The notes under the pieces are model-generated. The model was given only the letters and a program-made list of their open reading frames with translations, had not been told where the DNA came from and made no database searches. A stretch of DNA of 62,043 nucleotides, counting the filler, from Rhabdomonas costata (Eukaryota), in the NCBI GenBank assembly GCA_019059605.1. It is 16 parts of 16 records of this genome, joined end to end, with 100 filler letters (N's around TTAATTAATTAA, not from the genome) between each part and the next. Parts side by side here need not be neighbours in the genome. Positions count along the whole stretch, not along the records: positions 46,642 to 50,425 come from JAHMHO010000532.1; positions 50,526 to 54,295 come from JAHMHO010000533.1; positions 54,396 to 58,164 come from JAHMHO010000534.1; positions 58,265 to 62,043 come from JAHMHO010000535.1; 12 more parts are not named here. One strand, written 5' to 3'. Positions 48,708 through 61,258 of this stretch are shown here, piece after piece (position 1 is the first letter of the stretch; each line of letters starts with the position of its first letter). A program made the position numbers and the translations under genes.

Positions 48708-50314
48708 ATGAAGTACAGCCACACGGGGGCAACCCGCGTCCCCCATCAACTGGGGTACAACGGAGGGGCCCAGGGGGATGTCTGCCAAGGCGCACAGCAG
48801 GCTTAGCACCTCAGTCTTCACCTTGACGGTCTCCTGTAATCCAACAAACTCGCAGTAAATAATCTGCATATCCTAGCAAGTTGTTTGCAAAAAACGCCTT
48901 CTTGACAGTTGGAAGCCGCCGGCAAGACACTACACGGCGTACATGACTCGTGGCATAAAAAAAGACCGACCCTAAAAAAGACTTCCCCAACTTCCCCAAA
49001 GCAACTGACAACTATACCTGACGCTGCACACGTGTGAGGAGTGCACCACCCCCTTCCGGACAGATGCAACGCCCCAGTAACCTGGGAAGACAAGGCAGAG
49101 ACAGGTACATTCCTGCAGTGCATTTGTCCACCGTTCTCCAGCGCCCAGCGGCGGGGCCTGGGTAAAGAGCCTGGGCATGCGGGACACCAACTCGCCCAGC
49201 TCAGGGAACAGGCTGTGATAGGTCACGTCAGGGGACCGGGCCCACGCCTCGCGAAGCACCCGAAGGGCCTGTCCGCATCCACACACCCAAAGCCAAATCA
49301 ACTATAAAGACACAGGATGGTTCACAGGGCTCAAACGGACCGAACCGAAAATCCAATTACAGGTAGAATCAGGATGAGCCTATTGTTAAAACGGACAAGG
49401 TGGAGGGCAGAACACCACTAGAATCGCGGTTCGCGCGTGCGCGGAAGCAGCGGACTCAATCAGAAGCCATGCTTTTGTGTGGAACATCATGAAGTATGTT
49501 ACAGGGTACAATGCCGTGTAGGAGTTGTTTGTAATGTACAAGAGAAGAAACCAGCGCTAGTGCATTTATGGCCTCCCCCTCAGGTGGGTGGGTCCGCCTT
49601 TTTGAGTTGTGAAGTGGTGCTTTTATGGGCCCCTTCCTGAGTGTGCAGGGGGTTAGGTGGGATATAGGGGTCCGCAATAAAAGCTTTTGTAGGGGTTAGG
49701 AGGCGACGCGCGTGTGCCCTGGAACTCTTCCCAAGCTGTCTTGGGTTCTTTCCAGTCGTAGATGCTTTCATTTGTTGGACATGCATGTGCGGGTTACAGC
49801 GTGTAGGTGGGGTGGGGGCATGAATGCACTTGATTGAGGGGGTGCATAACCCCAAATGAAAGCCATATGGAATCATGTCGACTATTCTAACGCGTCTGGC
49901 ACACGGCACACATAGTGGGAACCCCACCTGGCCTTGTAAGCGAAGCTGCTCCACCGCGGCATCCAGGACCCGCTCTTCTGCAGCGGTACCCTCAGAACTC
50001 TGCCGTGCCGCTCCTCGCCCAGCTACCGCCGAGCCGGGCCGCCCAGAACCCCCAGCAACCAGCAGAGGAACCGTGCAGCCCATAAGCACCGCCGCGCTGT
50101 GCGCCTGTAGGGCCACCCTGAGCCTTTGCAGGGCAGCCACGGAATAGGCTTCGGGGGGCTCAGAGGCCGGCCCTCGGGGTTCGGCCGAGGAGCTGGGCCA
50201 CAGAGTTAAGACCCGCCACACTTCAAGCGCGAGCGCCTTCTGTGAGGCGGCGGAGCGAGGCCCGCACAGAGGCCTCACCACATGCTCAAAGCCGAACTCG
50301 GGCGCCGCAGCCAC
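48708..50314 (-). CDS. Unknown helical (HEAT/ARM-like) protein, internal exons
   Basis: Exons 50314-49928, 49268-49158, 48833-gap: ...VLDAAVEQLRLQGQ/ALRVLREAWARSPDVTYHSLFPELGELVSRMPRLFTQ/ETVKVKTEVLSLLCALADIP. The second junction is in phase with a CAG/GC donor at 49157. Confidence 0.6.
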
Positions 50315-51213
50315 CTTGGTGCGGGCAAGTACAAGTGGGCGGCATGGGCGGCACTGGACACTTCTCTGGACTTCATGGGTGAAATGATCAACCATTAACC
50401 TTTAAGGTTGGAAGGGAGACGCTTCNNNNNNNNNNNNNNNNNNNNNNNNNNNNNNNNNNNNNNNNNNNNTTAATTAATTAANNNNNNNNNNNNNNNNNNN
50501 NNNNNNNNNNNNNNNNNNNNNNNNNGGTTTGGGTGGTGGTCCCGGCTGTTGCCATCTGTTGCCATCTTGCTCCCAGTTTTTATGGGCCCCTAACTTGGGG
50601 CACATAAAATACTGTAGCTGGATGGGGAGGTGGCTGTATTTGGCGTCCTCACTACTACCTGTGCTTTACCGTTCCGTTGGCTTTGCCGTTTCTCGCGTTT
50701 GTCCTGAACCACCATATACCAGGTGACCCCTGGTATTGGAACTGACATACTGCTGTGCTCTTTCGATGCATCGTGATGCCGAGCATTTTTGTAGTCGGTT
50801 TCAGAGTTGAGCGGTGGGCAGTTTTAAGCGAGTGCGGGGCATGATATTGGGCTTGACAGCGCACAACACTTCTGGCAGCCTCGGAAGACTCCGCCCCAAG
50901 ACATCCCACCCCCTCCACGCATGCTTCCACACATGCTTCTATTTGCAGCACCAGGGCTAGCACCAGGGCTGGTATGGCTGACGGGGCTAACTGAGGCAGG
51001 CCGTAGATTTCTTCACGTTTGCGATGATCAAACGTATAGTCCAAATGCGTTTGGCGTTTTCGGCTGAGGTACGAGCTCGTGTTCACAAGCTCACGTCACT
51101 ACTCCTTTCTTTTGCAAGCTGCGCGATCTTGTGGGTTCCTTACACCGCTGCCCTTTTCTTGCCAGTTCTGCCCAGCAGATATTTGATTCCTTTCTGCAGC
51201 TTCGCACCACACA

Positions 51214-54176
51214 ATGTCCCAGGGCAACCTCTTGAATATGCCGCAAGGCAAGCGGTACCGGGGCAAGCTAATCCACTGGGAACCAACAAAAGGCTTTGGC
51301 TTTGTCAGCGAGTTTTCCGGGTTGGGAGGTTTTCCCGATAACAGCCTATTCGTGCATGTAAGCTACCTGGAATTTCCGCCGGATGAGCTCCACTTGGGGA
51401 TGATCCTGGAGTACAGCGTCGCGCCCAGCAGGCAAGAGGGCAAGTGTATGGCCACCAGCGTGACCGCAGTGCCTGTGCCCGTCACTCCTGTCCGATCAGG
51501 GAAGCCCGGTCCCCAGATCGTCGTCGCACGGCCCTCGACCACCGCGAGCACCACGGTCGGGGCCACAGCCATTTCCCTTAAGCCAGCCCTCGTTAGCAAG
51601 CCCGAGCTCTCTTGTGCCGCCTCAAAAGCCAAGAATCCCCCCGGCAGCCAGGAGCCTCCCAAGACGTCCTCGTCTGGGAAGTTTCCTGTCAGCCAGAAAA
51701 GTGTGCCTGGCTCCGCCGTGGTCGCTGGGGGAGCTTCCCTGCCGGATAAACCTGGTTTGTGCACTCCGAGCGAGAGCAAGAAAGCAAAGAAGAAGGACAA
51801 GAGTAGCAGAACCAGTCTACAGGAAGGCCATGACGCTGCTGTCGCTCCCGCTGACTCCCCGGATCGTGCGGCGGAGTTTGACCGCCCTCCGGCTCAAGCG
51901 AAGGCTTCCAGCACGCCCCGCCCAGCGGAGGACTTCAGCTCGGGGTCCTCCAAAACCGCACACAGGACGAGCTTGGGCCTCGGCGGAGCTGCTACCGCCC
52001 CCGGAGTCGCCTGTTCTCAAGCAAAGGCCCCGCACCCTCCAAGTCCTCTTTGCCCGCTGACGGAGAGCAACCCGGCGGTTTCTCCCCGTGCTGATGGTGT
52101 TTATGACATGGAATGGCCAAAGTCTAGCTCCTCAACTCCTCCGAAGAGCCCAGTCCCACGCTTCGTGAGTCCCACGGAGTCCCCCACTTGGCCCATAAGG
52201 AGTCTCGACAGGTCAAGCTGCGCTGGGTCGTCTATGAGCTGCATGGCCGTGTCAAGTACACCCTGCTGTTCCCCCCGCGCATCTGCGGAAGAGTCCTGGC
52301 AGTGCGGCACGGTGGTGGCCTCGAGCTTGGTGAAGCTGTTCATCCTGGGCGACGATATGGTGACTCGGGTGAAGTTCTTCCTGCGAGAGGGGAGTGGCCT
52401 GCCTGTCCAGAAGTACCACGAGGGCACGGAGGTGCGGTTTATCCAGAACCCAGTAAACCCGCGGCTCGCGGTCCGCGTGGAGGTGATCAAGGAGGCCGAG
52501 GGAGTCCTTTTCGAAGAGGGTGTGATCGCAGAGATCGCTAAGGATGGCAAGAAGGGCTTTGTCACTCCCAACGCCTCTCCAGCCTCCAAGATCCTCTTTA
52601 ACAAGGAGGATTTGTGGGTCAAGGTGCCTTATCTGCGCACCGAGGACCGTGTCCTGTTTAAGACGGTGAAACTCGGCGGTAATGACATAGCAGTCAACAT
52701 CAGGGTTCAAGTGGTGGCCTCGGCTCCTTGTCCAGACAATAGTCCAGAGAGACCCGAGTGGAAGCCCGTCTCCCTGAAGGACAACATCTTCATCAAGCTG
52801 TCCCTGCTTGCCGTGGCCTTCCTCCCTGACGAGGTGCTGAAATATATGCTGGAGATGCAGTGCAGCAAATCCGAGGGCTTTTCCGACGTCCAGGAGCTCA
52901 AGAGATACCTCGACCACACATTCCGCCGGCTTCTCGTGCAGGACTCCGCGGGAGGAGTGAAGGGGTGCTACGCCCCCCGCTCCGCGGATCCCCATATCTT
53001 GGTCTTCAATACCAACCTCCTGGAGAAGTCCACCGTGGAGGGCTACACGGAGGGTGAGTTTTTCCTGTACGCCGTGCTTGAGAGCAACTCGGCGAAGCTA
53101 GAGAAAGGGGTGCCCTTCATACTGAAGAGGTTCCTCTCCTCTGAGACCGCTCGGCAGACCTATAAGAAGGGCAGGTACGTGAACCCCCTGGAGACCCTCG
53201 CGCACCCCGACTATGTGGGGAACCAGAACGGGCTGTTTGACCCCAAGGTGAGCATCTCGGAGTCCCTGATCAACGTGAAGCACATGCTGGAGGACATCGA
53301 CCGCTTTGGGTTTGAGTTCCGCCAGGAGGTAGAGAGGCAGCGCCAGGAGGTCAACTATGCTGGCAAGAGGGGCAAGGCCGCGGAGGATGAGGTCCGGGCC
53401 CGGGTGGAACGCCTTGTGCGCGCCGCCGCCATGGTGGCGCTCAACCGCTGCCGAGCAAACCCCAGGATGGCAGTGCCGCAGTTCTTCTCCGACCGCATGA
53501 CTGCGTTCTTTGTAGCGTTGGTTTCCCCGGAGGGTAGCTTATTTCCTCCTGCCCTCCATAAGGCGAATTTTTTGTGGGCCGCTCGTCAGACTGACCGATT
53601 TCGTTCAAACGCACAAAACCCTTGATGCCGTATGTTTTCTGTTTTCATCGTTGGTTGCTAAAGGTTTTTTACTGTCCATGATCCACATCATTTTCTGTCA
53701 CGATTCTTAACTCCGATGAAATTTCACGCCGCCAATCGAACAAAACCGTTCTCTGGACGCCGATGTCATGGGCGTAAAAAAAATGAAGTAGGCCCCAAAC
53801 TCCCCTTTTCTCATGAGCAACCCGTCGGCTCAAACTGGTGCTACCGTGAACGCTGGGCAGAAACAACCCCCGTGGGGAGCTGCAGTTTCTTCTGCCCGTT
53901 AACCCCGTTCATAAGCTGGGCCCCCCGACCTGTGCGGTGACCGTCTCGCCGAACACCGCTTGTGGCGTGATCACCAGCTGGCAGCTTGACACCGTGCTCT
54001 CGCTCGACATGGCACGCTGCAACGCCAGGCTGGTCTCCCGGATTGACCAACAATGGCTCAAAACATATGTCCCCACCCCAGCGAGTTCCCGTGGACCTCG
54101 ATTCCTCCCGAGGGAGGAGGATAACTTCAGCGACGACGACAACAACGATGATGATGATGACCAGCCCGAAGAATAA
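51214..54176 (+). CDS. Cold-shock/OB-fold repeat protein with C-terminal DUF3825-like domain (~870 aa, one intron)
   Basis: N-terminal CSD (GKLIHWEPTKGFGFV...LFVHVSYL), Ser/Pro-rich linker, two further OB-like folds (EGVIAEIAKDGKKGFV...ILFNKEDL), then LKRYLDHTFRRL, FNTNLL, LFDP...INVKHMLEDIDRF, NPRMAVPQFF / ELQFLLPV, TVLSLDMARCNARLV...QQWL. Phase-2 intron from 53505 (or 53517) to 53860. The DUF3825 assignment is from remembered motifs, not a search. Confidence 0.8.
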
Positions 54177-54395
54177 GAGTCCTCAGAGGGGCATAGCGCA
54201 CACTCAGTATGCGTGTAACTAATGAAGAAGGAGCAATCGAATCTCTCTATCTTGCATGATCTTTCACTCCTCTTCCCTGTGTCTTTCAGTCGTGGNNNNN
54301 NNNNNNNNNNNNNNNNNNNNNNNNNNNNNNNNNNNNNNNTTAATTAATTAANNNNNNNNNNNNNNNNNNNNNNNNNNNNNNNNNNNNNNNNNNNN

Positions 54396-55797
54396 GTGGT
54401 TGTTACATTATCCTACAACGTCAGTGCAGAGCGTTGGTATCAGGCAGCTCAAGAGCAAGGGGAGCTCGTGTTAACTGGCCCCTACCTCTACCGATTGGAA
54501 GGTCAGCAAGAATTTATACTCAGTTGCCCTCCGGACGACGATGACCCAGATGGTCCAGCACTCACACTAGCCGTTGGTTTTGGAGCGGAATCGCTCTTTA
54601 GTACCATCATTGATGCCTTCAGCTTACTACGTACCACGGGTGTGCTGCTCTTGATGAGTCAACGCACTGGGGCTGTACTGGCCTCCTCGTCCTTGTCCAA
54701 GGTTCCTTCTGCTACCGAGCTGTCGAAAATCAGACTTTCCACGACCTCAGTTGAAGTGCAAGAGACAACAATGCAGAACTTCGGGGACTGCTTTGTTTTG
54801 ATTGCTGCCATCAATGGGGCGGTGGGCCGCCCCTCGGTGGCTGTCCCTGGTGAAGGGCTCTTCGCAGTTTCCATCATTCCCCGATCGGACTACTTTGGAG
54901 CAATTGATCGAACCTCGCGGGTGGTGATTTGGGTGTGCAGTGCCGTGATTGTAGTCTTCCTACTATCGATGGGGTTGCTGTCGTACTGCGTGCTGGCGAA
55001 GCCGATCCATGGACTGGTGAAGCGGCTGACGGACTTGATGGACTCGCTAAAAAGTGGAAGTGCTCCGCCTTCGGTTGACGAGGAGGGCTCATGGATCAAG
55101 GAGATCTGTGTGCTTTCCCGAGTCACCGCAGATGCCATCCGAGCGGCGGAAGCCGCGGCTGCATCCCGGGCGGTTGAAATTGCGGAGGCTCGGAGAAAAG
55201 CCAGGGATACCTATTTCGCCATGATATCTCACGAGATGCGCACCCCGCTGAACGGGATTCTTGGGATGACGGATGTTTTGCTGCACACGGGACTGACGGA
55301 GAGGCAGCAGGAGTGCGCCGAAGGAGCACGCAGCAATGGGGAGAGTCTGTTGGCTCTAGTGAACGACCTGCTGGACTTCTCGAAGCTGGAGAACGAGAGC
55401 CTTGTGCTGGAGTCGATCCCCTTTGATGTGCGGCAGTGCATTTCCAAGGCGCTTATGGTGGTTCAGCTGAAAGCCGAGGAGAAGGACATCGAGCTGATCT
55501 GCCATGTGCAGCCTGCCGTGGACTCGCACAGCACGGGGGATCCCACGCGTCTGAGTCAGGTGCTGCTGAACCTGCTGTCGAACGCGGTGAAGTTCACCCC
55601 ACGGGGTGGGACTGTGATTGTGAAGTGCTTTCTTGGGACGGGATCACGGCTTCACTTTGAGGTTGAGGACTCTGGGATTGGGCTGGAGGCTGCTGCGATG
55701 GGGCAGCTTTTCCATCCGTTTGTGCAGGCGGATGCCTCCGTTGCACGGAAATATGGAGGAACCGGCCTAGGTGTGCTCTCCCTGATACACATCACGT

Positions 55798-55840
<43 letters not shown>

Positions 55841-57632
55841 GTTTCTTGATCAATTAGGCGCAGCTGATTTTTACACGTTGTGCTTCATGTCTTTCTTTTC
55901 CAGTTTACTCTCTCTCTCACTTTTTTTATTTTTCAAGGGGCGATATTGTTGTCTTTGGGTTGGGGTTTGTCCGGATCTGCAGGTCTACATATTTCCAAGA
56001 AGATTGTGGAGTTGATGAGCGGCAGCCTACGGGTCCGCAGCGAGGGCTTGGGCCGGGGCTGCACTTTCTGCTTCAGCCTCCCCCACCGGTGCCCAGCTCC
56101 GATTTCATCCTCTTCAGGGCTTCCCCCAAAAGCCATTCTTTCCCGGTCTTCGTCTGCCGTAAGTTCCGTTGAGGATCAGAATGAAGTCTGGAGCACCCGA
56201 CCATCTCGGACTGTGTTTGTAATTGATCGGAACCCGGAGCGGTGTGAGGCAACCCTTGCACTGCTGCGATACATTGGTGCATCCACGGAGGTCGTGGGCT
56301 CCCTGGAGGCCTTACCCAGCACTAGTTCAGTGCGCTCCCATGAGCACGCGGTTCTGATCTTCTTGGAGGACCACGAGTCTTCGCTGGGTGATCTGGCGGC
56401 AGCGTCTGCGGTGGGGTGCGCGTCTCAGCGAAAGCTGGTTGTGGTTACTCGGATGAGGAATCCGCTAAGCGGAAACTCTGCGGAAGGCTATACTTGTGTC
56501 TCGAAACCCCTGACGGAGGTGAAGCTCCGGCGGGCGTTTGCTGTTCTCTTCGGCGAAGGTTTCTTTTTTATAGCTTTTTGACCTACTGCGGTGCAAACAT
56601 TTCAGTTGGACTGGTTCTTCAGTATGTTTGCTTCGCGTTCTTTTTCGCTGCATTGAAGACCCTGCCATTCCTGTGCTTTAAAAGGCTGTTCAACTTAATG
56701 TTTAACCTATGTTGTTTAACCTTTTCACGCTGCGTCGATGAAAGGTTGCCCATGTTTTGTCTTTCACATGGTCCAGCCTGCACTTTACAGCAGATGGATC
56801 AGTTTATCCTCCAGGTTGTGTGCTGTCCCCCGTTTTCATTCGCCTGCTTTGGTGCCCTCGCTTCTTTCTGCTGTCGCAGCCTTTTTATTGCGGATTGCCG
56901 CGGTGTGCTTGGGTCTCCCATATAGGGACTCGTGAAAACAAGGGACCACCCCGACATCGCATGCCAAAAAAAGAAACACGAGATTATACATTGACCCTCG
57001 CCACCCATTTTTTGGGGGGGACTGCGGGCCGATAGGCCGTTTCGCGCTTTTCATGATGATGTTCCCGTCCTCCCGGTCGTAAATAAACCGCAAAGCCGTG
57101 CCCCCCCCCCTCGCTCTCCTTCTGATGTTTAGTATATTCTGGGGGTCGACCAAAGTTGCACCCATTTTTAAACTTCTCAGATTGGCAAGCACAGCGCTTG
57201 GCCTCTTGTGTCCTTGACGACGTGGTTGCGGAGATTCCCCCGCAAACCCAGTTCCTGGTCGTCGATGACGTGGCCATCAACATAAGGGTGCTCACCCTGA
57301 AGCTCGAGCAGTGCGGGCTGCGCAACGTGCGCACAGCCACTACGGGTCTGGAAGCCATCGAGGCCGTGCGGACGGCTCGCCCTCCCATCGACGTGATCTT
57401 CATGGACGTAAACCTTCCCGAGATGGATGGGCTGGAGGCCACGCGAAGGATCCGGGAGAGTTTGGAACCCTCCCCGGGGGCTCGCCCTGTGATCATTGGG
57501 GTGACAGGGGACGTGAGTGCGGGCACGGCGGAGGCCTGCCTATCCAGCGGGATGAGTGCTGTGCTTGCAAAGCCACTAAACACGGATACGATGTTTGCGG
57601 AGGTTGTGCGGGCGCTGAAGTTCGGGAGATGA
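54396..57632 (+). CDS. Hybrid sensor histidine kinase (Cache-like sensor, TM, HisKA, HATPase_c, degenerate REC, REC); 5' end missing
   Basis: Exons 54396-55770, 55983-56558, 57181-57632: H-box FAMISHEMRTPLNGILG, N-box GDPTRLSQVLLNLLSNAVKFT, VEDSGIG, FVQADAS, GGTGLGL spanning intron 1, receiver LVVDD...FMDVNLPEMDGLEATRRIR...KP. Confidence 0.96.
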
Positions 57633-58264
57633 GTGCAAGTGCGGGTGTGTGGCTTATTCTTCTCTTAAATGCGCTGAATTTTGCCAGCTTTTGCTTTTCG
57701 AGCCTTGTTTTCATTGCTTTCTGACTTAAAGTCTTGCCTTCTATTCTACACTACTTCAGAAAACTTGAGTACGCACTTTAACACTGAGGATGTCATGTGT
57801 AATTGCGCTGTGTTTCCCTCCTCTTCCCTCCTTTTGGTCTAGGCATTTCGCGTATTATGGTTTTGGAATGGTTGGTGTTTAAGCGCCGAAGGGGAAGGGG
57901 CAATGTCACTTTTTTGTTATAGTGCTTACAATCATTGCCTTTCCGTGCATCACGCTTTAATCCCCTGCGAACGAAGAAGTGTACGTTTTGTTTTTGAGCA
58001 TTGTCTACCCCCCCACCCCAGGGAAGCTCTCCCGGTGTTTCTTTTAGGCTGTGGAAAGCTTCGCCCTTCAACCCCGGGACTAATAATCTTTCCCAGTCAC
58101 TCCCATATCATTTGACTCCCAGGAACTTCTGCCATTTAGAATAGTGGCGAAAGAAAACAACAACNNNNNNNNNNNNNNNNNNNNNNNNNNNNNNNNNNNN
58201 NNNNNNNNTTAATTAATTAANNNNNNNNNNNNNNNNNNNNNNNNNNNNNNNNNNNNNNNNNNNN

Positions 58265-58878
58265 GTTGGGGTCAACGTGAGGGTGGTGGTGGTGGTCGTG
58301 AGAATGTGAGTGTGGTTGGATGATGGATGGTCCATTGGTCCCTGGTGTGTGTGTTTTCGCGTGGGTGTTTTGTGTTTCGTGTCTCAGGGTCCGTTTCGTG
58401 GTGAGGGTCAGTTTTGTGGGGAAGGTGTCAGGGGTGTGGAAGGTGACGTGGGTGACAAGGTGTGTGCGTTGATGGTGTGTGCGTGAGGAGGGAGCGAGGG
58501 TCTGACTTGACGGAGGGTGTGACTGTGGTTGTGACGGAGAGTGTGACGGTGGGGTTGTGGGATTGGCACGTGAGTCGGATGGATGAGTCAGTCGTGAGGT
58601 TGGACGTGAGTGTCATGGTGAGGGTGAGGGTGAGGGTCTGCGTTTCGTTTCTATGGTTCCGTGCGTAGGATGGAGGATGGAGAATGCGTGATAGTTTTGT
58701 GTTTTGTGTTTCGTGTCTCAGGGTCAGAATTCGGAGGGAGGGTGCGTGGATTTCGTTGAGAGTGGATGGAGGGTAAGGGTCAACGTGAGGGTGGTGGTGG
58801 TGGTCGTGAGAATGTGAGTGTGGTTGGATGATGGATGGTCCATTGGTCCCTGGTGTGTGTGTTTTCGCGTGGGTGTTT
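58265..58878 (+). repeat. G/T-skewed low-complexity block containing a 102-bp direct repeat (58269-58370 = 58777-58878)
   Basis: Read directly; a shorter GTTTTGTGTTTCGTGTCTCAGGGTC repeat occurs at ~58367 and ~58701. Confidence 0.85.
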
Positions 58879-59185
58879 GACGTCACTCAGGATGTCCAAG
58901 CTGAATTCACAGACTCCTACACAAAGTACACCGTGAGCAATGACAGATGAAGATAAACAGAGACCTCGAAGTGAATCGGAACGAGAAGGTCAGGAAGTCC
59001 AGACCGCCCCCACATTAGGATCCACAGGAAGGCCAGGATGACCAGGCCACCGGATCCGCTTTGACGGCAACGCTTGATGAACTCACTGTCTCAACATACA
59101 CTACGAACAGCGAAAGCATGGAGATGCGACTAAGTGGGACGGGCCCATGGTGTCAGTTGAACTGTTTCGTGTGAGTTATGCGTAA

Positions 59186-59905
59186 TTGAACGAGACCGTG
59201 GTAACAGTAACGCACGCCAGTGGTTTGATGGATAAACTACCATTGGTTGACACACAAGTTGAGTACCACGTTTGGTATATGCCACGTTGGGAAACCGACG
59301 ATTTCAGGAGTCACCTAGTCTACGTGACGGATACGACCGGTAAGCCACTCCGGTGGAAGCTAGAAGGTAAGTCCAAGGCTCAACCCAGCCACATACAGCC
59401 AACATGGTGGTAGCGCACAAGATGCCTAACCACAATATGGTAGGGTGCATGATGGTAGATGGTGGTGATGCCATGTGGTGCAATGCCACGGGTAGGATAT
59501 GCCTCCTCTCCTCATGCTAATGGTTGTGGTGATGGTACGTTTACCATCCGAGGTCGTACCCACCAACCCACAGAGGATGATGGTGAGAGGTGATGCTCTC
59601 GATACACACTACGCTGATGGTAGCCACGTAGAGTAAGTAGCGATGATGCATCTATCCTTCTGGTGTTGATGCTGCACCAACCACAAGGTAGCTAACGGTG
59701 CTAAGTGGATGTCTCCCAGACCGAACATGGAAGCATCAAAGGTGACATATGGATGTTGGATGTCAGCAATGCCCACTCTTGGGGTGATGAGTGGAATGAT
59801 CATGCTAACATAGCGCTACCAAGGGGATGTCAGGATGTACCCGATGCATGGCCCTACCCCTTGCGCAGGAACCACCGTCCAATGTTGGATGATATTGGTG
59901 TGTAA
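59186..59905 (+). mobile_element. Possible decayed non-LTR retrotransposon RT remnant
   Basis: Order PQYG (~59430), MLDVSNAH (~59755), RGCQ (~59822), MLDDIGV (~59882) echoes RT motifs QxG, LDxxNAF, GxxQG, YxDD, but spacing is too short and the frame is broken. Confidence 0.2.
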
Positions 59906-61258
59906 GGCTACTCTTCCATGCATCCTATCACTACGCTTAGATGCAAGGGTGATGTCCTACTCCTACCCATGGATGTCACCTTCTACGCTAAGATGTGGTA
60001 GTGAGCGAGAGGAATATGTTGGGATTCAAATACCAGTCGTCGCAATCGTCGCAATCGGCATGCTGCCTGATGTAACTCGTGATCATCCTACTCAGAAGAA
60101 GTAAGAAGTTAAAGTGTTGATGAGTTGATGATGGTTCGCTCCACCGCTGACACGGTTGCGCTCCATGTGTCACATTTGCAATCACTCCCTCCGGTCGTGA
60201 TGCTCATGTTCATCGGATGTAATAGAGGGAGGAAGGGACGCGTAAGCTGACCGAATGGAAGGATAAATGTTCTTAACGTCGCATGCTCTGTACTTAGCAT
60301 GCTACAAAAATGTGAAGAAGAGTAAGAAGAGTAAGAAGAGTAACCTTGCGTTATCGTCGCTGCGCTCCTATTCCTTCCATCACCTTTGATACGCGCTCAA
60401 GGGCCCCTTTATGTCTTTGCTGGTCGTGATGTCACTGCATTCAATCACTCCCTAAATGTTAGTAAGGGTATGTAACTTAGTCTGGATGCTCGATGTCTCG
60501 CATACCTCCACATTTTTTACGAGCTTTAGTTAGTGGCAGCGCGGAGGGATCACCGGAAGACCCGGGAAGCAGCTCCCCATCACCACATACACTCAGGAAC
60601 CACCCGAGTGCGGCAGGTGGCCAGGCTGAGTCCGCAGGAACCCACTTCTGTCAAGGCCATATTCCACCAGAGTTTCCTACCAACATCCCGGCAGAAAATT
60701 TCAGCTGTTGCATAAGTTAAATGACACTTACCAATCCGGTTCGGAAGAATTTTTTGCGGGAAGCGGTGCCACAAACAGGCTTCTAAACCACCTACCTGGC
60801 TGGATGCTACACCAGGAAATCCAGAATCCAAGACTATGGATTCGGACAGCTGCTGGAATCTGTATAAATTCCACTTCTTCTCCAATGGAATAAAACCGCT
60901 ATTCAATCCCGCCGGCCGCCGAGGAGCACAGAAAACTGGGCCTTAACAGGAAAATAACAAGATTTTAATGCGAAGACGGCTGTGCAAAGTTCCCGCCCAC
61001 CGATTCATGGTGGTACGGGCGTGTGAATTTCAACGCCAAAGCTGTTCCTTTTGATACCTGGCTCTGCTGTTGTGCTTTTGTTTTAAGACCCAGTAAAATT
61101 GGGTTACGAGAGATGGTGAAGGGCACAAAATCGCGAAAATACACCCATTTCATACTCTCCAAATACGCGTAAGATGCCAACGCTATGCCTATGCTTTAAG
61201 TTAGTATGTATGTTCGGCATAGGTAAACTTATTCGACACACAGGATAGAAGAAGAACT

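Noticed and set aside
47771..48869. Long 234-346 aa ORFs
   Set aside because: Their length comes from reading through the 598-N gap; no domain recognised in 47771-48109.
3788..58264. Regularly spaced TTAATTAATTAA as a biological repeat or CRISPR-like array
   Set aside because: It sits inside N-runs of constant 100-bp length: an assembly linker.
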